From the NCBI GenBank assembly GCA_963845565.1, contig CAWJSJ010000002.1, positions 704,001-768,000 on the forward strand: DNA of 64,000 nucleotides, in the 5' to 3' direction. The position numbers and the translations under genes were made by a program. The DNA comes from an uncultured Methylomirabilota bacterium (GTDB taxonomy: Bacteria; Methylomirabilota; Methylomirabilia; Methylomirabilales; 2-02-FULL-66-22). Each line of letters begins with the position of its first letter. Within the stretch, counting starts at the first letter, position 1. Under the pieces are notes generated by a model. That model saw only the letters and a list, made by a program, of their open reading frames with translations. It made no database searches and was not told where the DNA came from. Shown in pieces: positions 49,462 through 61,249 of the stretch.

Positions 49462-50658
49462 GTGAACCTTGCCCTACGCGACGTTCGCTACCACCTTGGC
49501 CGGTTCCTGTTGACCGCCCTCGGCCTCAGTCTTCTCTTGGCCACTGTGATGTCCATGGGAGGCATCTACCGCGGAATGGTGGAGGACGCCCTCAGCATCG
49601 TCCGGGCGTCCGGCGCGGACCTGTGGGTCGTGCAGAAGAACACCAACGGGCCGTTTGCCGAGACCTCTCGAATTCCCGAAGACCTCTATCGCGTCATCCG
49701 GGCTGTGCCCGGGGTGCGCGATGCGAGCCCCATCGCCTTTCAATCGCTGCAGCTCCGAGTCGGCCCCAAGCCGTTCCGGGTGCAAATCATCGGCGCTCGG
49801 CCGGGCAGCCTTGGCTCCGCCCCAGCCGTGTCGGCCGGGCGACCCATCCTTCGTAGCCGCTATGACATGTTGGTTGACCGCAAGGCCGGTGTCCCCCTGG
49901 GAACCACAGTGCGGATCGGCGGCATGCTGTTCACGGTCGTGGGGCTGACCGAGGGCATCGTCTCCAATTCCGGCGACCCTGCCGTGTTCGTGGCTCTGCA
50001 AGACGCTCAGGAGATTCAATTCCTCAAGGCCAACGAGGCGATCCGGAACGACCGGGCCCGCCTGGCGGCTGACCTGCGGGACGAGCCGGCCCTGGCGGGG
50101 GTTCGGGCCGAGGCGTTCGCGCCGATCATGCAGACCACCCACCTGGCTAACGCCATCCTGGTCCGCCTTGAGTCATGGGCCAACCCGAGAGAGGTCGCCG
50201 GGCTGATCGAGCGCTGGAACCACTATCGAGCCATGACCACCGCGGAGCAGGAGGACGTGCTGGCCAAGAGCGTCATCGACCGCGCCCGCCAGCAGATCCT
50301 GCTCTTCCGGATCATCCTGCTGGCGGTTTCCACGGTGATCATCGCACTGATCGTCTACACGATGACGATGGAGAAGACCCGGGACATCGCCACGCTCAAA
50401 ATCATCGGCGCCTCCGATTGGAAGATCGGCGGTCTCATCCTGCAGGAGGCGCTCACGCTCGGTCTCCTGGGGTACGGCCTGGGGGCGATCCTGATCACGT
50501 TCACCTACGAGTACTTTCCGCGCCGCGTGGCCATTCTTCCTTTCGACCAGTATGTCCTTCTCGGGATCGTCATCATCATCTGCGTTCTGGCGAGCCTCCT
50601 CGGCATCCGGCGTGCGTTGGGTATCGACCCCACCACGGCGCTCGGGGGAGGGGCCTGA
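49462..50658 (+). CDS. ABC transporter permease (FtsX/MacB family)
   Basis: [21 protein letters not shown], 4 TM. Confidence 0.9.
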   Translation: MNLALRDVRYHLGRFLLTALGLSLLLATVMSMGGIYRGMVEDALSIVRASGADLWVVQKNTNGPFAETSRIPEDLYRVIRAVPGVRDASPIAFQSLQLRVGPKPFRVQIIGARPGSLGSAPAVSAGRPILRSRYDMLVDRKAGVPLGTTVRIGGMLFTVVGLTEGIVSNSGDPAVFVALQDAQEIQFLKANEAIRNDRARLAADLRDEPALAGVRAEAFAPIMQTTHLANAILVRLESWANPREVAGLIERWNHYRAMTTAEQEDVLAKSVIDRARQQILLFRIILLAVSTVIIALIVYTMTMEKTRDIATLKIIGASDWKIGGLILQEALTLGLLGYGLGAILITFTYEYFPRRVAILPFDQYVLLGIVIIICVLASLLGIRRALGIDPTTALGGGA

Positions 50659-51332
50659 TGCCGGCGATCGTGGCGGAACATCTCGGCAAGGTATTCGGGC
50701 GGGGGGAGACCCAGGTGGTGGGCCTGCAGGACGCCAGCGTCACGGTCGCGGCGGGAGAGTTGGTGGCGCTGATGGGGCCGAGCGGGTCGGGCAAGACGAC
50801 GCTGCTGCGGGCCCTTTCCCTGATCGACCCGCCGACCACCGGACGCGTCGCCATCAGCGACGCGGTCATCTACGAAAACGGACAGGTTTTGGTCAACGAC
50901 CGGCGCCTGCGGCGGGAGCGGATGGGGATCATCTTCCAAGCCTACAACCTGATCCCGTTCCTGACGGCCGCCGAAAACGTGGCGCTGGTCCTCACGCTAA
51001 ATGACATCTCTCGGCGTGAAGCGATGCGACGGGCGCGCGACCTCCTCGTGCAGATGGACCTCGGCCACCGCGCCGATGTCCACCCGCCTACACTGTCGGG
51101 CGGCGAGCAGCAGCGCCTGGCCGTGGCCCGGGCCGTCATCAACGATCCGGCCGTGATTCTGGCGGACGAGCCCACCGCCGCCTTGGATACGGAGCGGGGC
51201 AGGGCCGTCATGGCCCTTCTTCGGCGGCTGGGCAAGGAACGGCGCGCTGCGGTCATCGTGGTCACCCACGACGAGCGGATGATTGAGGGCTTCGACCGGG
51301 TGTACCACATGACCGACGGCCGGATCAGCTAG
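50658..51332 (+). CDS. ABC transporter ATP-binding protein (LolD/MacB-like)
   Basis: [26 protein letters not shown]. Confidence 0.95.
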   Translation: MPAIVAEHLGKVFGRGETQVVGLQDASVTVAAGELVALMGPSGSGKTTLLRALSLIDPPTTGRVAISDAVIYENGQVLVNDRRLRRERMGIIFQAYNLIPFLTAAENVALVLTLNDISRREAMRRARDLLVQMDLGHRADVHPPTLSGGEQQRLAVARAVINDPAVILADEPTAALDTERGRAVMALLRRLGKERRAAVIVVTHDERMIEGFDRVYHMTDGRIS

Positions 51333-51576
51333 GAATGCCTATCCAACGGACGAGGCTTTTGACGGGCCCGCATCGGGGGTTTGCCGAAGCGAAGGACTCG
51401 GGATATAGTGTCCTCGTCACCGGAACCAGCCGCACGGCCGACATCGAGCTGACGTTGACCCTCGGTGTGCACGGCCCGAAATCCCTGTATGCATGGGTGA
51501 TGAACGAGCCGTGATCCGGGCGACCCGGTCCCCCGATCCCGCCGCCGCTGATCCCGATTCCCCCGGAGGCCGATCC

Positions 51577-54454
51577 ATGTCCACCGCGTCTCCCGCTCCT
51601 GCCGCATCCCTCGATCCCCGTGACCTCGGGAACGCTCTGGCGCGGATCGTCGAGCCGGAGCGGGTCCTCACGCGCCCGATTGAACGCATCGCCTACGCTG
51701 CGGATGCGAGCTTCTATCGCCTGATCCCGCAGGCGGTGGTCCTGGCCAAGAGCGTTGAGGAGGTCCAGGGCCTCTTTCGGTTCAGCCGGACGCACCGCGT
51801 GCCGATGACCTTCCGCGCGGCGGGGACAAGTCTGTCCGGCCAAGCCGTCACCGACGGCATCCTGGTCGAGGCGGCCAAGCACTGGCGGCAGATCCGGGTC
51901 GAAGACGGAGGCAAGCGAGTTCGCGTGCAGCCCGGGGTGATCGGCGGCCACGTGAACCAGGCCCTCAAGGCCTACCGGGCGAAAATCGGGCCGGACCCCG
52001 CTTCCATCAACGCCTGCATGATGGGCGGCATCCTGGCCAACAACTCCAGCGGAATGTGCTGCGGCGTCACGCAGAACGCGTACCACACAATTCACTCCAT
52101 CACCTTCGTCCTGCCCTCGGGCACTGTGATCGACACCGGCCATCCCGATGCCGATGCGATCTTTCGCCAGCGAGAACCGCGGCTGGCGCAGGGTCTGCTG
52201 GATCTCCGATTCGAGATTCAGGGGAATCCGCGGCTCGCCGACCGCATCCGCGCCAAGTACAAGATGAAGAACACCACCGGCTATTCGCTCAACGCTTTCC
52301 TGGACTTTGAGCGCCCGGTGGACATTTTTCGCAATCTTCTCGTGGGCTCGGAGGGGACGCTGGCCTTCATCGCCGAGGCCGTGCTCAACACGGTTCCGGA
52401 CCTGCCGGTGAAATACACGGGCCTCCTGCTGTTTCCAAACATCCACGCCGCCTGCACCGCCATCGCCCCGCTGCGAGACGCGGACGCCAAGGCCCTGGAG
52501 TTGATGGACCGAGCCTCGCTCTCTTCGGTGGAGGATCAGCCCGGCGTTCCCCCAACCATCAAGGGGCTTTCGCCGGACGCCGCGGGGCTCTTGGTGGAAT
52601 TCCAGGCCGCCGAGGAGCGGGAGCGGACCACGCTGGAGCGGTTGGCCACCGAGTCCGTCGGTGGCCTCTCTTTGCTCGCGCCGGCCGCCTTCAGCCACGA
52701 CCCCACGGAGCAGGCCCTTCTCTGGAAGATCCGGCAGGGGCTCCTCCCCTCGGTCGGCGCCATCCGGAAGCGAGGGAGCACGGTCCTCATCGAGGACGTT
52801 GTTTTTCCGGTGGAGCGGCTGGGGAATGCCACCACCGATCTGATCCAGGCGGCCGCCCGGCACGGTTACGCCGATGCCATTCTCTTCGGACACGCCAAGG
52901 ATGGAAACCTTCACCTCATCCTGACGCAGTCTTTCAATACCGGAGCCGAGACGGACCGCTACGCACGGTTCATGGATGACCTGGCCCGTTTGGTGGTGGA
53001 GCGGTACGACGGGGCGCTCAAAGGAGAACATGGGACCGGCCGCAACATGGCGCCCTTCGTCGAGACCGAGTGGGGCCCAGAGGCGTACGCCATCATGCAG
53101 CGCCTCAAGCTGTTGGTAGACCCCGAGGGACTGCTGAATCCGGGCGTGATTCTCAATCCCGATCCCAAGGCCCACCTTGCCGACCTCAAGTCTATGCCCG
53201 GGGTCGAGGACGAGGTGGACAAGTGCATCGAGTGCGGGTATTGCGAGTCGAAGTGCCCGAGCCAGGATCTCACGCTCACACCGCGCCAGCGCATCGTGGT
53301 GCGCCGGGAGATGATGCGGCTGCAGGGGGACAGGGACGGAGACAGGGGTATTCTCCGGGAATTGGAGGACACGTTTCCGTACATGGCTCTGGACACCTGT
53401 GCCGTGGATGGGTTGTGCGCCACGGCCTGTCCCGTCGGCATCAACACCGGGGATCTGACCAAGCGATTCCGACAGTTGCGCCACCCCCAGTGGGCGCACG
53501 GCGTGGCCCGTCATCTGGCGAAGCATTTCGCGTGGCTGGAGCCCGCGATGCGGCTCGGCCTGTGGACGGGCCACGCGGTCCAGTCGGTGCTAGGCGCCGG
53601 GGCGATGGTCGGTCTCACCCGAACCGTCCGGACGCTCCTCCGTCAGCCGTTCCCGCAATGGAGCCAAGAGATGCCGCATCCGGCGTCCGGTCGCCTGCCG
53701 ACCACACAGCGGCCGGGCGCCCAGGCCGTGTACTTCCCTGCCTGCATCTCGCGCGTGATGGGTCACCTTCCGGGCGAGTCGGACGAGATGAGCCTGATGG
53801 AGGCCTTCGTCGCGGTGGCGCGGCGGGCGGGGAAGCCGGTGTGGATCCCGGAGGACGTGGAAGGGGCTTGCTGTGGCGTGCCCTTCTCGTCGAAAGGGTA
53901 TGATGAGGCGCATGCCGTCGCGGTGAATCGGGCCATGGAGCGATTCTGGGAGTGGTCCGACGAGGGGAGCGCTGCCGATCGTGATCGATACCAGCCCCTG
54001 CACCTACGGGCTGACGACATGCCGCGCTCATCTCACGGCAGCCAATCAGACGCGATTTGATCGCCTCAGGATTCTCGATGGCGTCGCCTTCGTCCACGAC
54101 GAGATCCTGCCCCGGCTCACGATCCGACGACGGTTCCGGTCCGTGGCGCTCCATCCGGTCTGCTCTTTGGTGAAAATGAATCTCACCGGGAAACTGGAGG
54201 GCATCGCGCGGTTCTGCTGCGATCAGGTCACCCTTCCGGTGTCGGCGGGTTGCTGCGGGTTTGCAGGGGACAGCGGTTTCCTGTTCCCGGAACTCACGGA
54301 GTCGGCAACGCGACGAGAGGCGGCCGAGGTCACTGCGAGTCAGCACGACGGGTTTTTCTCGAGCAGCCGGACGTGTGAGGTCGGAATGACCCGGGCGACC
54401 GGTCAGATCTACCGGTCGTATCTGTACTTGCTGGAACAGGCTACGCGCGACTGA
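51577..54454 (+). CDS. FAD-linked Fe-S D-lactate dehydrogenase-like protein (GlcD+GlcF fusion, Dld-II type); frameshift ~53968
   Basis: RAAGTSLSGQA, GPDPAS, NNSSGMCCG, GHAKDGNLH, KGEHGTGRN, CIECGYCE, two CCG motifs. Confidence 0.85.
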
Positions 54455-54716
54455 CCGCCCACCGGTGAGGCCGGCTCCTGGGGGTGCATTTTCCAAGACA
54501 ATTGGCGGCCAATTGGCCGCCGGCCCACTCCAGCGAACGGCGGGCGCGAGCACTCGCACCCGTCGTGCGCTTTCCGGCTCTCATGTACCGCTGACCACAC
54601 GAATGCTCCTGCGGCACACAGCAGGCTTGACCCTGGGTCCATTCCTGAAGTAAATAAGTGTGCGCTTGAGAGGCCGCGCCGGCTTGGTCCAGCGGTCTCG
54701 CGTGGTGAGAGGAGGG

Positions 54717-55175
54717 ATGTGCCCCGTGAAATCGTGGCAGCGGGTCTCCGGGATCGTGCTCCTGCTCGTTTCGGGAGTGGTGATCCAGCAATCGGTGTGG
54801 GTCCTCCGCCTCTTCGATCATGGCCAGCCAGGCTCCGGCTTCATGCCCTTCGGCCTCGGGGTGATTCTTGCGGTGCTGGCCTCCTTGATCATCCTCACGA
54901 ATCTGGGCCCTGATGAGAAGCGCGTTTCGTTCTGGCAGCCGAAGGCGTGGCTCCGCCCACTCCTCTCCCTCGTCATCATGGCAGCCTACGTGATCGCCTT
55001 CGACGATCTGGGGGCGGTGACGAGTGTCGTGATCCTCGTCACGGCCTGGCTGCTCCTCCTGGAGAAGAAGCCGGTGTGGGTGGCCGCCCTCACCGGGGTT
55101 GCCACAGGCCTCGTGGTATATGTCGTCTTCGAGCGACTGCTCATGACCCCGTTCCCCAGAGGGTTGCTCTTCTAG
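54717..55175 (+). CDS. tctB: TTT small permease TctB
   Basis: PGSGFMP, 4 TM, VFERLLMTPFPRG. Confidence 0.85.
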   Translation: MCPVKSWQRVSGIVLLLVSGVVIQQSVWVLRLFDHGQPGSGFMPFGLGVILAVLASLIILTNLGPDEKRVSFWQPKAWLRPLLSLVIMAAYVIAFDDLGAVTSVVILVTAWLLLLEKKPVWVAALTGVATGLVVYVVFERLLMTPFPRGLLF

Positions 55176-55204
55176 ACGGTACACCGCACAAAGGACGCGC
55201 ATCG

Positions 55205-56704
55205 ATGTTCGATTTCGCCGGCCTCCTGCAAGGGTTCCAGATCGCCCTCAGTCCGGTCAATCTCCTCTGGTGTCTCATCGGGTCCGTCCTCGGCACCGCG
55301 GTGGGGGTTCTGCCCGGGCTGGGCCCCGCGGCGACCATCGCCTTGTTGCTGCCGATCAGCATGAAGATGGGGTCGCCGATCACCGCCATCATCCTGATGT
55401 CCGGCATCTTCTACGGGGCCATGTACGGGGGCTCCACCACGTCGATCCTGCTCAACATTCCCGGCGAAGCGGCCTCGGTCGTTACCTGCATCGACGGCTA
55501 CCAGATGGCCAGGAAGGGGCGCGCGGGGGCGGCCCTGGGCGTCGCCGCCATTGGGTCGTTCATCGCCGGGACGGTCGGCGTCATCGGCTTGACCATGATG
55601 GCGCCCCCTCTGGCGGAGTTCGCCCTGAAGTTCGGCCCGCCCGAGTACGTGGCCCTCACGGTATTGGGCCTGCTGCTGGCCACGTATCTGGCGGGGGCGT
55701 CACCCCTCCGGGGTCTGACCATGGCGATCATGGGGCTGATCCTGGGATCGGTCGGCCTGGATCCGCTGTCCGGCGCGGTGCGCTTCGATTTCGGCGTTCC
55801 CGACCTGCAGAGCAACATCGACTTCGTGACCATCGCCATGGGGCTGTTCGGGGTGGGGGAGATCCTGATCAGTCTGGAACAATCAGAGGCCGCCAGCATC
55901 CTGACCACCAAGATCAAGAACGTGTTCCCGACGATGGCCGATCTCGCCCGGAGCGGGTGGGCCATGTTCCGCGGCTCGGTCATCGGCTTCCTGGTCGGCA
56001 TCCTGCCCGGCGGCGGCGCGGTTCTCTCGTCGTTGATCTCCTACGCCGTCGAGAAGAAAGTATCGAAGCACCCCGAGGAGTTCGGGCATGGAGCTATCGA
56101 GGGGGTCGCGGGGCCCGAGGCGGCCAATAACTCGGCCGCGTCGTCGTCGTTTATTCCCCTCCTGACCCTCGGTATCCCGGGAAACGCCTCGACGGCGATG
56201 ATCTTCGCCGCTCTGCTGATCCACGGGATCACGCCTGGGCCGTTCCTCCTCAAGGAGCACGCGCCGGTCTTCTGGGGCGTCGTCGCCTCCATGTACATCG
56301 GCAACGTCATGCTGCTGGTCTTGAATCTTCCCCTGGTCGGCATGTGGGCTCAGCTCCTCAAGGTGCCCTACGCCTTCATGGCTCCCATGATCATGATCCT
56401 CACCCTGGTCGGCGTGTACAGCGTCAACAACAGCGTGTTCGACATCTGGGTCATGCTGATCATGGGGGTCTTTGGGTACCTGGCGCGCAAACTGCAGTTC
56501 GACCTGGGGCCCCTCCTCTTGGCCTTCGTCCTTGGGCCCATCATGGAGCGATCGCTCCGCCAGGCGCTCCTCATGAGCCACGGATCGTTCGGCATCTTCT
56601 TCACCCGGCCGATCTCGGGCGTGCTGCTGGGCGTGGCCGTCCTGTTCGTCCTGGGGAACCTGGTGGCGGCATTCCGGGCCAAGCAGAAAGTGGCGGCCGC
56701 GTGA
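55205..56704 (+). CDS. tctA: TTT large permease TctA
   Basis: GVLPGLGP, YGAMYGGSTTSILLNIPGE, GPEAANN, LTLGIPG. Confidence 0.95.
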   Translation: MFDFAGLLQGFQIALSPVNLLWCLIGSVLGTAVGVLPGLGPAATIALLLPISMKMGSPITAIILMSGIFYGAMYGGSTTSILLNIPGEAASVVTCIDGYQMARKGRAGAALGVAAIGSFIAGTVGVIGLTMMAPPLAEFALKFGPPEYVALTVLGLLLATYLAGASPLRGLTMAIMGLILGSVGLDPLSGAVRFDFGVPDLQSNIDFVTIAMGLFGVGEILISLEQSEAASILTTKIKNVFPTMADLARSGWAMFRGSVIGFLVGILPGGGAVLSSLISYAVEKKVSKHPEEFGHGAIEGVAGPEAANNSAASSSFIPLLTLGIPGNASTAMIFAALLIHGITPGPFLLKEHAPVFWGVVASMYIGNVMLLVLNLPLVGMWAQLLKVPYAFMAPMIMILTLVGVYSVNNSVFDIWVMLIMGVFGYLARKLQFDLGPLLLAFVLGPIMERSLRQALLMSHGSFGIFFTRPISGVLLGVAVLFVLGNLVAAFRAKQKVAAA

Positions 56705-56791
56705 AGAATGCGGTGGCCGGAGGCGTCCAATCGCGGGGAGCATCAGGCGTCCCGCAACCCTGAAACCTTTAACTGTACGGGGGGTGTGATC

Positions 56792-57760
56792 ATGAAACGA
56801 GCGATGTGGAGTCTTGCCCTCGTCGCTTTCGCGATCGTGGGAATCGCCACGACCGCGATGGCGGCCTATCCGGACAAACCCATTCAGTTGATCGTACCCT
56901 ACTCGGCCGGCGGTTCCACCGACGTGCTGGCGCGGGCCATCGGCCAGGTGGCGCCCCGCTTCTTCCCGCAGCCGGTGGTGATCGTGAACAAGGCCGGCGG
57001 CGGCGGGATTCCCGGCCGGGTGGACGTGGCGAAGTCCCGGCCGGACGGCTACACCTTGCTCTTCGGCTGGGGCTCGGGCGAGGACCTGGTGGTGCCTCAC
57101 CAGCGCGCCCTGCCGTACGACATCTTCAAGGATTTCGAGACCGTCTGCCGGATGTCCGTCCACTCCATCGTTCTGGCGGTTCCGGCCAGCGCGCCCCACA
57201 AGACTCTGGCCGACCTGGTGAAGTGGGCCAAGGCGAATGAGCCCGTCACCGCGACGGTCTCGACCAAGGGCGGATCGGTCGATATCACCCTCCTCCTCTT
57301 CGCCAAGGCGGCGGGCTTCAAGCTCACGACGGTCCCGGGTTCCGGCGGAGCGGATGCCATCACCAAGCTCGTGGGCGGCCACGTGCCGTTCGGCGGCCAG
57401 CACCCAAGCGAGGTGCTGCCGCACTTCAAGGCCGATCGTCTGCGTGGTCTGGCCGTGGCCTTCGACAAGCGCGACCCCTCGGTGCCGGAGATCCCCACCT
57501 TCAAGGAGTTCGGCTACGACGTGGTGACGGCCGGCTCGGTGAAGGGTGTGGCGGTCCCGAAGGGCACGCCGAAGGAGATCACCACCTACCTCGAGAAGAA
57601 GTTCAAGGAGATCGCCGACGACGCCGAGTTCCAGAAGATCATGAAGGACCTCGGGCAGCCGGTGATGTACCAGACGGCCGCAGAGTACACGACCTGGTTC
57701 AAGGCGGCCTACGATCAATACGGGCAGTTGATCAAGAGCCTGGGGATCGAGGCCAAATAG
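56792..57760 (+). CDS. tctC: TctC substrate-binding protein, paralog 1
   Basis: YPDKPIQLIVPYSAGGSTD, PDGYTL, PTFKE. Confidence 0.92.
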   Translation: MKRAMWSLALVAFAIVGIATTAMAAYPDKPIQLIVPYSAGGSTDVLARAIGQVAPRFFPQPVVIVNKAGGGGIPGRVDVAKSRPDGYTLLFGWGSGEDLVVPHQRALPYDIFKDFETVCRMSVHSIVLAVPASAPHKTLADLVKWAKANEPVTATVSTKGGSVDITLLLFAKAAGFKLTTVPGSGGADAITKLVGGHVPFGGQHPSEVLPHFKADRLRGLAVAFDKRDPSVPEIPTFKEFGYDVVTAGSVKGVAVPKGTPKEITTYLEKKFKEIADDAEFQKIMKDLGQPVMYQTAAEYTTWFKAAYDQYGQLIKSLGIEAK

Positions 57761-57812
57761 TCCCACGCTGCATGATCGGGGGAGGGAAGCCCGCTTCCCC
57801 GGATGGTCTGGC

Positions 57813-57853
57813 GGCAATCGGGCCACCCGCTGTCGGGTGGCCCGATTGCCTTT
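57813..57853 (+). terminator. Intergenic hairpin
   Basis: GGCAATCGGGCCACCCG-CTGT-CGGGTGGCCCGATTGCC-TTT. Confidence 0.6.
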
Positions 57854-57892
57854 CGGGTTCGCCGGTGAGTGTCAGGTGGAGGTGAAATCGTC

Positions 57893-58864
57893 ATGCGGAT
57901 GAACTTCGGTAAGGTGATGCTCGTGGGGTTGGCCCTGCTCTGTGGTACCGGAATGGCATCGGCGGCCGCTTTCCCCGACAGGCCGATTCAGTTCATCGTG
58001 CCCTACCGGCTGGCGGCGCGACCGACCTCTGGGCCCGGGCCATCGCCCAGGTGGCGCCGCGCTTCTTCCCCGTCCCGACCGTCGTGGTGAACAAGGCGGG
58101 TGGCGGGGCCATTCCCGGGCGCGTGGACGTGGTGAAGTCGCGGCCGGACGGCTACACGTTGCTGATGGGGTGGGGGTCGGGTGAGGACCTGGTGGTCCCC
58201 CACCAGCGGCAACTCCCCTACGACGTCTTCGTGGACCTGGTGCCGGTGTGCCGGATGTCGGTCCATTCGATCGTCATGGTCGTGCCAGGTTCCTCTCCAC
58301 ACAAGGACATCCCGGAGTTCGTGAAGTGGGCGAAGACCAAAGAGCACGTCACGGCGGCGGTCTCCACCAAGGGCGGCTCGCCGGACATCAGCATGCAGCT
58401 CTTCGCGAAGGCGGCGGGGTTCAAGCTGACCTCGATCCCCGGCTCGGGCGGGGCCGACTCGATGACGCGGCTGGCGGGCGGCCACGTGGACATCAGCGGC
58501 GCGCACCCGAGCGAGATTCTGACCCACGTCAAGGCGGGTCGGATGCGGCCCCTCGGCGTGGCCTTCGCGGAGCGGGACCCCTCCGCGCCCGACGTGCCCA
58601 CCTTCAGGGAGTTCGGCTACGACGTGGTGACGGCCGGCTCGGTGAAGGGTGTCGCGGTCCCCAAGGGCACCCCCAAGGAAGTCATCGCCTACCTGGAGAA
58701 GAAGTTCAAGGAGATCGCCGAGGACGCCGAGTTCCAGAAGATCATGAAGGACATCGCCCAGCCGGTGCTGTACCAGAACGCCGAAGAGTACCGCGTCTGG
58801 GCCAAGCAGGCCTCCGATCAGTACGCGGCAGCTCATCAAGACGTTGGGGATCGAGACGAAGTAG
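57893..58864 (+). CDS. tctC: TctC paralog 2 (frameshifts ~58008-58028 and ~58830)
   Basis: FPDRPIQFIVPY; highly similar to paralog 1. Confidence 0.85.
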
Positions 58865-58891
58865 AGGGAATTCACAAGAGGAGGACGGCCG

Positions 58892-59872
58892 ATGCGAACC
58901 TGGCGCTGTGTACGACCTCTCGGAATCGCGGTTGCGGTGTGCCTGGGAGTCCTGGCCGTCTCGGCCGGCGCGGCGGATTTCCCCAACAAGCCCATCAATC
59001 TCATCGTCCCGTACGGGGCGGGCGGCTCGACCGACGTGATGGCCCGCGCCATTGCGACGGTAGCGCCGAAGCACTTCCCGCAACCCCTCGTGGTGATCAA
59101 CAAGCCGGGTGGGGGCGGGATTCCGGGCCGTGTGGATGTGGTCAAGTCCAAGGCGGACGGCTACACCATCCTCGTCGGCTGGGGCTCGGGCGAGGACCTG
59201 ACCGTCCCGCACCAGCGGCCTCTGCCCTACGATCCCTTCAAGGCGCTTGAGACGCTCTGCCGAATCTCGGTTCACACCCATGCGCTCTTCGTCGAGGCGA
59301 ATTCGCCCCACAAGAGCCTGAAAGAACTGGTGGCCTGGGCGAAGACGAGGGAATTCGTCACCTCTTCGGTAGCCACCAAGGGGAGCGGTGGAGATATCGG
59401 TTTGTACGTGTTCGGGAAGGTGGGAGGCTTCAAGATGCAGACGGTGCCGGGCGCCGGCGGGGCCGAGGCCATCACCCGGCTGGTAGGGGGGCATGTGGAC
59501 ATGGGCGTCGTGCATCCCAGCGAGGGGCTCCCACACCTCAAGGCGGGGCGGGTGCGCGGCTTGGCGGTGATGTTCGAGACCCGAGACCCGGCGATCCCGG
59601 ATGTTCCGACGTTCCGGGAGATGGGGGTCGATCTGGCGACGGCGGGTTCGGTCAAGGGGCTCGCCCTCCCGGCGGGAACCCCCAAGGAGATCATCCAGTA
59701 CCTTGCGGCGGGATTCAAGAAGATCGCCGAGGATCCCGAATTCCAGAAGATCATGAAGGATGTCGGGCAGCCGGTGCTGTACATGGGGCCCGCCGAGTAC
59801 CACCCGTGGCTGTTGAAGGCGTACGACGACTACGGAAAGTTCATCAAGCTGGCAGGTATTGACACCAAGTAA
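58892..59872 (+). CDS. tctC: TctC paralog 3
   Basis: FPNKPINLIVPYGAGGSTD, GWGSGEDL, PTFRE. Confidence 0.92.
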   Translation: MRTWRCVRPLGIAVAVCLGVLAVSAGAADFPNKPINLIVPYGAGGSTDVMARAIATVAPKHFPQPLVVINKPGGGGIPGRVDVVKSKADGYTILVGWGSGEDLTVPHQRPLPYDPFKALETLCRISVHTHALFVEANSPHKSLKELVAWAKTREFVTSSVATKGSGGDIGLYVFGKVGGFKMQTVPGAGGAEAITRLVGGHVDMGVVHPSEGLPHLKAGRVRGLAVMFETRDPAIPDVPTFREMGVDLATAGSVKGLALPAGTPKEIIQYLAAGFKKIAEDPEFQKIMKDVGQPVLYMGPAEYHPWLLKAYDDYGKFIKLAGIDTK

Positions 59873-59957
59873 ACGCGGCGCGGCAGTCACACACATTCAC
59901 CCAAGACGGTCCGACTGGTGTTCCAGCCCGACCGCGGTGCGCGGAGGCACGACAACG

Positions 59958-60923
59958 ATGGCAAAAGGCAAGATCCTGATGTCCCAGCCGATCCACGAGG
60001 CGGGGATCAAGCTCATCACCGACCAGGGGTACGTTCCGCGGGTCGCACCCGATTTCACCGAGGCGACGCTGATCAAGGAAGTCCAGGACGCCGGCGGGTT
60101 CCTGGTGCGGACGGCGGAGATCCCGGCTTCGGTGATCAACGCCGGGAAGGTTCTCAAGGTTATCGCCCGGCACGGCGTGGGTTACGACAACATCGACGTC
60201 AAGGCTGCCACGGCGCGGAAGATCCCGGTGTGCATCACGCCCCGGGCCAATGCCCTGTCGGTGGCGGAGCATGTCATCGCCCTGATGCTGGCTCTGGCCA
60301 AGCGGATGCTGCCGTTCGATGCGGCCACACGGAAGAACGAGTGGGACGTCCGGAACAGCTACAGCGCCTTCGACTTGGACGGAAAGACGCTGGGGATTCT
60401 CGGCATGGGTCGGATCGGGATGTTGGTATGTCAGAAAGCGAAGGCCGCCTTCAACATGGAGATTCTGGCCTACGACCCGCTGGTCCCGAAGGAGGCGATG
60501 GAGAAGGCGGGAGCAAGAGTCGCGACGATTGCCGAGATTCTGAAGGCGTCGGACTTCGTCACGCTCCACGTCCCCTCCATGGCCGAGACGAAGGGGTTGA
60601 TCGGCACGGCGCAGCTCAAGACGATGAAGCGCTCGGCATTCCTCATCAACTGCGCCCGCGGACCCATCGTGGACGAGGCGGCGCTGGTCAAGGCCCTGAA
60701 AGACGGTACCATCGCCGGCGCGGGGCTGGACGTGTTCGATCCCGAGCCGCCGAAGGCCGATAACCCACTCTTCGGCCTCCCGAACGTGGTGTTGAGCCCC
60801 CACTCGGCCGGTCTCACGGTGGAGTGCGTGATCCGCATGGCCACCCACGCTGCGCAGGCCATCATCGACGCCCTCGAGGGGCGGCGACCCGAGGGCGTGA
60901 TCAATCCAGAGGCGTTGAAGTAA
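59958..60923 (+). CDS. D-isomer-specific 2-hydroxyacid dehydrogenase
   Basis: RHGVGYDNID, GMGRIG, INCARG, LDVFDPEP, SPHSAG. Confidence 0.92.
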   Translation: MAKGKILMSQPIHEAGIKLITDQGYVPRVAPDFTEATLIKEVQDAGGFLVRTAEIPASVINAGKVLKVIARHGVGYDNIDVKAATARKIPVCITPRANALSVAEHVIALMLALAKRMLPFDAATRKNEWDVRNSYSAFDLDGKTLGILGMGRIGMLVCQKAKAAFNMEILAYDPLVPKEAMEKAGARVATIAEILKASDFVTLHVPSMAETKGLIGTAQLKTMKRSAFLINCARGPIVDEAALVKALKDGTIAGAGLDVFDPEPPKADNPLFGLPNVVLSPHSAGLTVECVIRMATHAAQAIIDALEGRRPEGVINPEALK

Positions 60924-60964
60924 GCTGGCTGTCTGGGCTGCAATTCACGTGGACCCGTATCCCG

Positions 60965-60998
60965 AGGCCCCGTCGGTACCGCGCCGACGGGGCCTTTC
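60965..60998 (+). terminator. Intrinsic terminator
   Basis: AGGCCCCGTCGG..CCGACGGGGCCT-TTCC. Confidence 0.6.
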
Positions 60999-61001
60999 CG
61001 C

Positions 61002-61030
61002 TTGACAAGGGGCGGGTGCTCCTCGATAGT
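61002..61030 (+). promoter_or_regulatory. Sigma70 promoter
   Basis: TTGACA-17 nt-GATAGT. Confidence 0.55.
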
Positions 61031-61249
61031 CCGGGCGGAGGGCCGAGCGCGTGCGCCCCATCGCGTACACGCGCGAGGGCCTTCCCCACGAACGGAGCAG
61101 CGCGGCGGGCGATGTAGCCATTATTCCGCGCTGCGTAGTATGGGGGCTGCTGAGCTTCTGATGTGGAGTGGTGGACGCCCTGAGGCTGGCGGCTTCGGGG
61201 CGTTTCATTTGGCGACGTGGGCCGGCCGACGGCGCGGCCAGGATCGGGC

